From Thermomicrobiales bacterium (GTDB lineage Bacteria > Chloroflexota > Chloroflexia > Thermomicrobiales > CADCWN01): a stretch of DNA of 38,678 nt. A program made the translations under genes and the position numbers. Under the pieces are notes generated by a model. It did no database searches. It was not told where the DNA came from and saw only the letters and a program-made list of their open reading frames with translations. Every line of letters begins with the position of its first letter. Position 1 is the first letter of the stretch. The stretch spans positions 1-38,678 of the forward strand of contig DASUBC010000137.1 of assembly GCA_035763465.1 (NCBI GenBank). The letters are read 5' to 3'. Below, in pieces: positions 34,699-38,678 of the stretch.

Positions 34699-34938
34699 TT
34701 AGGAAGTGTCGTCCGGGGAGGCGCGCGCGTCGGACCCGGCGGGGTCGGGCGTGCCCGGCGCGGTGAGCTGCAACAGATAGGCGGCCAGATACTCGATCGT
34801 CGCGAATCCCTGGCGCTCCGTACTACCGGCCGGCTGGAGCGCCGCCCGCCACTGCCCATCTGTGTGCTCCTGCCACAGCGTGAGCAAGAAGACGTGGCGA
34901 CGGGGTTGCTCGCAGTCCTGGCCCTCCCGATGCGTCAC
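34699..34938 (-). CDS. small hypothetical protein (79 aa), divergent from the SARP gene and upstream of the PKD-protein gene
   Basis: GTG 34938 lies 6 nt after GGAGGG. Third codon positions are GC-rich. Sequence: VTHREGQDCEQPRRHVFLLTLWQEHTDGQWRAALQPAGSTERQGFATIEYLAAYLLQL.., followed by a Pro/Asp-rich tail. Confidence 0.55.
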   Translation of the reverse strand: MTHREGQDCEQPRRHVFLLTLWQEHTDGQWRAALQPAGSTERQGFATIEYLAAYLLQLTAPGTPDPAGSDARASPDDTS

Positions 34939-34962
34939 CGCTTCCCTCCGTTGGTTGGCTCG

Positions 34963-35015
34963 ATCCTAGGGTGCGACTGCGAGCGCACTGCGACCGCTGT
35001 GCGACCGCACTGCGA
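34963..35015 (-). promoter_or_regulatory. four tandem 11-bp repeats (SARP-box-like) abutting a TAGGAT -10-like hexamer
   Basis: The TGCGA core occurs at 34978, 34989, 35000 and 35011, exactly 11-nt phased (unit caCTGCGAccg), plus an out-of-phase copy at 34972. On the minus strand these read TCGCAGT. The proximal repeat ends 7 nt upstream of TAGGAT (34968-34963). Confidence 0.5.
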
Positions 35016-35135
35016 TCACAGCCCGCGCGTTCAGCCCATGCGATCGCCAGCCCTTGCGCCAGCGGCGATCCTGGCCGACAATGGGGCGACTCCGATCAGG
35101 TTCGCTACCCATCCGCCGTGGTAAAGGTTGGGGAG

Positions 35136-37955
35136 ATGGGGTACACAGTGACGCTCCTGGGCGCCTTCCAGGTCAGCTACGCTGCCGCGCCAGTCACCGG
35201 CTTTCAGCGCGCCAAAGTCCAGGCATTCCTCGCCTACCTGGCGATCGAGTGCGGCCGTCCGCATCGCCGCAGCAAGCTCGCCGGCCTGCTCTGGCCGGAT
35301 CTGCCGGAGGCCGACGCGCTGCGCAACCTGACGCAGGCCCTCGTTCGGCTGCGTGCCGCGCTCGCACACGGCGACGATCCGGTACGGGCGAGCCGCGCCA
35401 CGGTGCAGTGGCGTGCCGAGGCCGCTGCGGTCGATGTAGTAGAGTTCGTGCGGCTCGCCGGCAGCGCCGAGCCGGCCGATCTCGAACAGGCCGCCACCCT
35501 CTATCAGGGTGAGTTGCTGGCGGGCTTCGCTCTGCCGGGCTGTGAGGCGTTCGAGGAATGGTTGCTGCTCAAGCGCGAGGAGCTGCGGGAGCAAGCGCTC
35601 AGGGTTCTCCAGACGCTGTCCGAGTGGTATCGCGCCGCCGGCCGTGCGGCCGAGGCGGCGGTGGCGGCCTCGCGGCAGTTGGCGCTCGATCCCTGGCGCG
35701 AGGCCGCCCACCGCCAACTCATGCACGCGCTGGCCGCCGGCGGGGACCAGGCCGCCGCGCTGGCCGCCTACGCTCGTTGCGTCGCGGTCCTGCGCGATGA
35801 CCTGGGCGTCACACCGGGTGACGAGACGGCCCGCCTGGCCGAGCGCATCCGGGCCGGCGATCCGGCGCTGCGGAGCGCCCCGCCAACGCGCTTGACCCTG
35901 CCGCCCCGCTTGCACAATCTCCCGGCCGCCCTCACCCCCCTGCTGGGCCGCGAGGTGGAACTGGCGGATCTGGTCGCGCTGCCGGACGCCGCCGCGCGCC
36001 TGGTGACGATCGTCGGGGCGGGCGGGGTCGGCAAAACACGCCTGGCGCTCGACATCGCCTGGGCGTTGCGGTCGCGCTTCAGCGACGGCGTCTGGTGGGT
36101 GCCGCTGGCTGGTGTCCAGGCAAGCGAGGATCCGGCGCTCCAGGCCACGACGGTTGTAGGGGTAATTGCCGCAGCGCTCGATCTGACGATGGATCGCCAG
36201 GTCGCTCCGCTGGACGCGCTGGCCGAGCACCTGCGCGAGCGCACCATGCTGGTAGTGCTCGACAACTGCGAGCACCTGCCGGAACTCGGGGGAGTCACGC
36301 GTATGTTACTGGAGACTGCCCCCGCGCTGCGTGTGCTGGCCACGTCGCGCGAGCCACTCGGCATCGGCGGAGAGGCGCTGCGACGCCTGGGCGGGCTCGC
36401 CGTCCCGGCCGGCGATGTCCCCGACCCGGCGGGCCATGCCGGGGTGCGCCTGTTTCTCGACCATGCACGCCGTCGATCGCCCGGCTGGGGTCAGGACCCG
36501 CGTGAGCTGGCGGGCGCGGTGCGGCTCTGCCGGCTGCTCGACGGCCTGCCACTCGGCATCGAGCTGGCCGCGCCCTGGGTCGAGCATTATGCGCCAGACG
36601 AAATCGGCGATGCGCTCCAGACCGACCTCGACTTCCTGGCGGCGCGCACGCGTGACCTGCCCGACCGGCACCGTAGCTTGCGCGCAGCCTTCGAGTACAC
36701 CTGGCACTTATTGACCGCTGGTGAGCAACGCGCACTGGCGCGCCTGGCGGTCTTCCAGGGCAGCTTCGACCGTGCTGCGGCCCACGAGGTAGCCGGCACG
36801 CAGGCCACCACCCTGGTCCGGCTGGTAGACAAGTCGCTGCTGAGCCTGGGCGGGACGGGTCGTTACGCCCTCCACGAACTCCTGCGCCAGTTCGCCGCCG
36901 AACGGCTGGCCGGCGATCCGGAGGCGGCGGTACTGCCTGGCCGGCACGCGGCGTACTACCTGGCGCTTGCCGAGCAGGCCACGCCCGAGCTGACCGGGCC
37001 TGGGCGCGCGACCTGGTTCCCACGACTCGAAGCCGAGCACGACAACCTGCGAGCGGCGCTGGCCTGGGCGCGCACGCAGCCACAGGCGGACACAGAGATG
37101 CGTCTCGCTGGCGCCCTCGGTCGCTTCTGGCTGTTACGGGGCTACGTCGGCGAAGGACGGGAGTGGGTGGAACATGCGCTGACCCGCCGCGGCGTAAGCG
37201 CCGCGCCGTGCCGCGTCCGCGCCCGCCTCTGCGAGGCGGGCGGCATGTTGCTCTGTGGGCAGGGCGATCGCGCGCGTGGAGAACAGCTGTTTGAACAGAG
37301 CATCGCCCTCTACCGCGCGGCGGGCGACACAGCGGGAGAGGTGAACGTCCGCATCCTGCTAGCCGGTGTGGCCTACGATTATGCGGAGTTCTCGCGCGCC
37401 GTCGCGATCTGGGAATCGTGCGTCCAGCTGGCCCGCGCGATTGACCACCCGGAGGCGCTCTTGCGCTCGCTGAGCAATCTCGGCGCGGCCTGGTACTATA
37501 TGGGCGATCTTGAACGCGCCGCCGCATCGCTGGAGGAATCGCTGGTCCTCTCCAGGCGGGCGGGTCGCGCCGATTCGGTCGCGGTTCAGCTCTCCAACCT
37601 GGGCAACGTGGCCCGCCGCAAGGGCGATCTGCAACGTGCTGACGCATACTTGAAAGAAGCGCTCGCACTGAGCAGCAGCCTGAACGATCCGCGCCGGATC
37701 GCCGCCGTGCTGGAGCGGCTGGCTGCTGCCGCAGCGACCGGGGGACGCATGGAGCGCGCGGCGCATCTGCTGGGCGCTGCACACCAGATACAAGCCCGTC
37801 TCGGGCTTGTCCGCGCGGCCGCCGAGAGCGCCGAGATCGACCAGACGGCCGCCGTCGCGCGCCGCGCGCTCGGTGAGGCGACCTGGTCCGCACAGTTCGC
37901 AGCTGGCAGCGCGCTCACGATCGCCGACGCTATCGCCTACGCGCTACAGGCATAG
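35136..37955 (+). CDS. SARP/AfsR-type regulator: OmpR-like wHTH + BTAD + NB-ARC P-loop NTPase + C-terminal TPR
   Basis: ATG 35136 follows GGTTGGGGAG. N-terminal MGYTVTLLGAFQVSY..KVQAFLAYLAIE..LAGLLWPD (wHTH), then LYQGELLAGFALPGCEAFEEWLL...REAAHRQLMHALAAGGDQAAALAAY (BTAD). P-loop IVGAGGVGKTRLAL, hhhhD LVVLDNCEH, and TPR-like repeats to the end. The track start at 34971 includes the promoter repeats. Confidence 0.9.
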   Translation: MGYTVTLLGAFQVSYAAAPVTGFQRAKVQAFLAYLAIECGRPHRRSKLAGLLWPDLPEADALRNLTQALVRLRAALAHGDDPVRASRATVQWRAEAAAVDVVEFVRLAGSAEPADLEQAATLYQGELLAGFALPGCEAFEEWLLLKREELREQALRVLQTLSEWYRAAGRAAEAAVAASRQLALDPWREAAHRQLMHALAAGGDQAAALAAYARCVAVLRDDLGVTPGDETARLAERIRAGDPALRSAPPTRLTLPPRLHNLPAALTPLLGREVELADLVALPDAAARLVTIVGAGGVGKTRLALDIAWALRSRFSDGVWWVPLAGVQASEDPALQATTVVGVIAAALDLTMDRQVAPLDALAEHLRERTMLVVLDNCEHLPELGGVTRMLLETAPALRVLATSREPLGIGGEALRRLGGLAVPAGDVPDPAGHAGVRLFLDHARRRSPGWGQDPRELAGAVRLCRLLDGLPLGIELAAPWVEHYAPDEIGDALQTDLDFLAARTRDLPDRHRSLRAAFEYTWHLLTAGEQRALARLAVFQGSFDRAAAHEVAGTQATTLVRLVDKSLLSLGGTGRYALHELLRQFAAERLAGDPEAAVLPGRHAAYYLALAEQATPELTGPGRATWFPRLEAEHDNLRAALAWARTQPQADTEMRLAGALGRFWLLRGYVGEGREWVEHALTRRGVSAAPCRVRARLCEAGGMLLCGQGDRARGEQLFEQSIALYRAAGDTAGEVNVRILLAGVAYDYAEFSRAVAIWESCVQLARAIDHPEALLRSLSNLGAAWYYMGDLERAAASLEESLVLSRRAGRADSVAVQLSNLGNVARRKGDLQRADAYLKEALALSSSLNDPRRIAAVLERLAAAAATGGRMERAAHLLGAAHQIQARLGLVRAAAESAEIDQTAAVARRALGEATWSAQFAAGSALTIADAIAYALQA

Positions 37956-38161
37956 CGCGCCGCGAGCTGCTGTGCCGGCGGTAACGTGGCTGCCCCTGCT
38001 GAAACCGGGGTATCAGGACGCCAGCGCGTGCCCCGAATGCCACTGCCCTGGCGGAGGGGCGGGTCGCCCCCTCCGCCAGCAGTGTACGGCATCCTCGATC
38101 AGTGGCAACTGTCCTTCGTCCTCAAGCAGTGGTATTGGCTGAAAAACCCATCCGCTCCGGC

Positions 38162-38186
38162 TCGGCGCGCCCGCCGAGTTTATATG
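38162..38186 (+). terminator. weak intrinsic-terminator-like hairpin with no assigned upstream gene
   Basis: CTCGGCG-cgcc-CGCCGAG followed by TTTATATG. Confidence 0.25.
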
Positions 38187-38447
38187 TAGACCTCCTGCTG
38201 GGTCGGCAAGTAGCTACACTGCGGTCTGTTGTGATGTGGCGCCCGCCGAGAAAGGAGTCATGCGATTGATGCACAACGCCAGTACGCGGTCGTTCACCGC
38301 GCGGCCAGAACCCTCCGTTGCCCTGTGGCGCGCTGGCGCGAGGTGGCAGCAGCGCACACCGCAGAGGTTGGCTACATCCAGCCATGACGAGGGCCACCCC
38401 GCGCGGGGTGGCCCTGCAAAAAATCGTTGCCCTGCTTACGAAACGAG

Positions 38448-38521
38448 TGGCTGGGCTGCAGGGATTCGAACCCCAACTTTCTGATCCAGAGTCAGACGTC
38501 CTACCGTTAGACGACAGCCCA
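38448..38521 (-). tRNA. tRNA-Gln (anticodon CUG), CCA encoded
   Basis: The minus strand reads TGGGCTG-TC-GTCT-AACGGTA-GGAC-G-TCTGA-CTCTGGA-TCAGA-AAGT-TGGGG-TTCGAAT-CCCTG-CAGCCCA-G-CCA. This folds as a cloverleaf with the U1-A72 pair and G73 discriminator typical of bacterial tRNA-Gln. Confidence 0.9.
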
Positions 38522-38533
38522 TCGTCGGACAGA

Positions 38534-38562
38534 AGTATACCTACGCGGTAGGCCGGATGCAA
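38534..38562 (-). promoter_or_regulatory. sigma-70-like promoter for tRNA-Gln
   Basis: The minus strand reads TTGCAT (38562-38557), a 17-nt spacer, then TATACT (38539-38534). The -10 hexamer ends 12 nt before tRNA position 1. Confidence 0.45.
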
Positions 38563-38678
38563 GCACCGGCAAACCACGCGATACCGGTGCAGTGGGCCTG
38601 CGCGGGAACGATCGCCTGCACCGGAACGTCCTGATTCGTAAGGGCGCCGCCAGGAGCCAGGATGGAGGATTGCCGATG

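Noticed and set aside
35031-37893. 414-aa and 532-aa minus-strand ORFs antisense to the SARP gene
   Set aside because: Same reasoning: extreme Arg/Pro/Gly content, no RBS or motifs, and complete overlap with a gene that has clear wHTH/BTAD/NB-ARC/TPR signatures.
25680-37955. The two STAND NTPases as antiviral STAND (Avs-like) defence proteins
   Set aside because: Both carry DNA-binding output domains (a C-terminal LuxR HTH; an N-terminal OmpR-like wHTH + BTAD) rather than nuclease, protease or TIR-type effectors. Candidate operator repeats sit next to them. Transcription factor roles are far more likely.
38391-38414. 10-bp GC hairpin with an adjacent A6/T6 run as the tRNA-Gln terminator
   Set aside because: On the minus strand (the tRNA strand) the T-run precedes the stem rather than following it. 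On the plus strand the stem is followed by A's. It is therefore not a canonical intrinsic terminator in either direction, though it may still be a U-tract-less terminator.
38122-38577. 151-aa minus-strand ORF and 82-aa plus-strand ORF (38236-38484) overlapping the tRNA
   Set aside because: Both run through the tRNA-Gln gene and its promoter and have Arg/Ser/Gly-rich, non-protein-like sequence. The GAAAGGAG before ATG 38261 has too short a spacer.
38658-38678. GGAGGA followed 6 nt later by ATG at the last three bases of the window
   Set aside because: This could be the start of a plus-strand gene, but no coding sequence lies inside the window to support it.
1-38678. CRISPR arrays, IS elements, integrases, prophage or toxin-antitoxin modules
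   Set aside because: I found no short spaced repeat arrays, terminal inverted repeats, DDE or tyrosine-recombinase motifs, or small paired ORFs. The repeats present are in-frame protein-domain duplications or short promoter-region repeats.

Overview
High-GC bacterial chromosomal window; the protein types suggest a Chloroflexota-like or actinobacterial-like host (inference only). I saw no rRNA, CRISPR array, transposase or integrase.

Block 1 (nt 1-9700) encodes secreted or lipoprotein polysaccharide-active enzymes:
- Three paralogous discoidin (F5/8C, CBM32-like) + SGNH modules. One is fused to a GH5 cellulase-type domain. One has a catalytically dead-looking SGNH domain plus tandem C-terminal repeats.
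- One further clan GH-A hydrolase.
- A c-di-GMP-I (GEMM-I) riboswitch-like element precedes the GH5 gene.

Block 2 (nt 9217-24888) is a ~15.6 kb minus-strand exopolysaccharide operon of 14 genes with several 4-nt start/stop overlaps:
- Wzx/Wzy/PCP/BY-kinase-type parts.
- A priming polyprenyl-phosphate glycosylphosphotransferase plus a truncated paralog.
- Two GT4 genes and two membrane GT2 genes with D,D,D,QxxRW signatures (one BcsA-like, without PilZ).
- A GT-C membrane transferase and two hexapeptide acyltransferases.

Block 3 (nt 24889-25679) is a 0.8 kb non-coding gap with a canonical minus-strand terminator and no assignable gene.

Block 4 (nt 25680-37955) holds two large STAND-type regulators: a LuxR/LAL type (AAA + TPR + HTH) and a SARP type (wHTH-BTAD + NB-ARC + TPR). 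They bracket a FAD (BBE-like) oxidase / ABM-like / LLM oxidoreductase operon and a small-ORF + 847-aa PKD-repeat secreted protein unit. Each unit is preceded by helically phased direct repeats.

tRNA-Gln(CUG) lies at 38448-38521. Most other long ORFs in the track are antisense shadow frames typical of GC-rich DNA.
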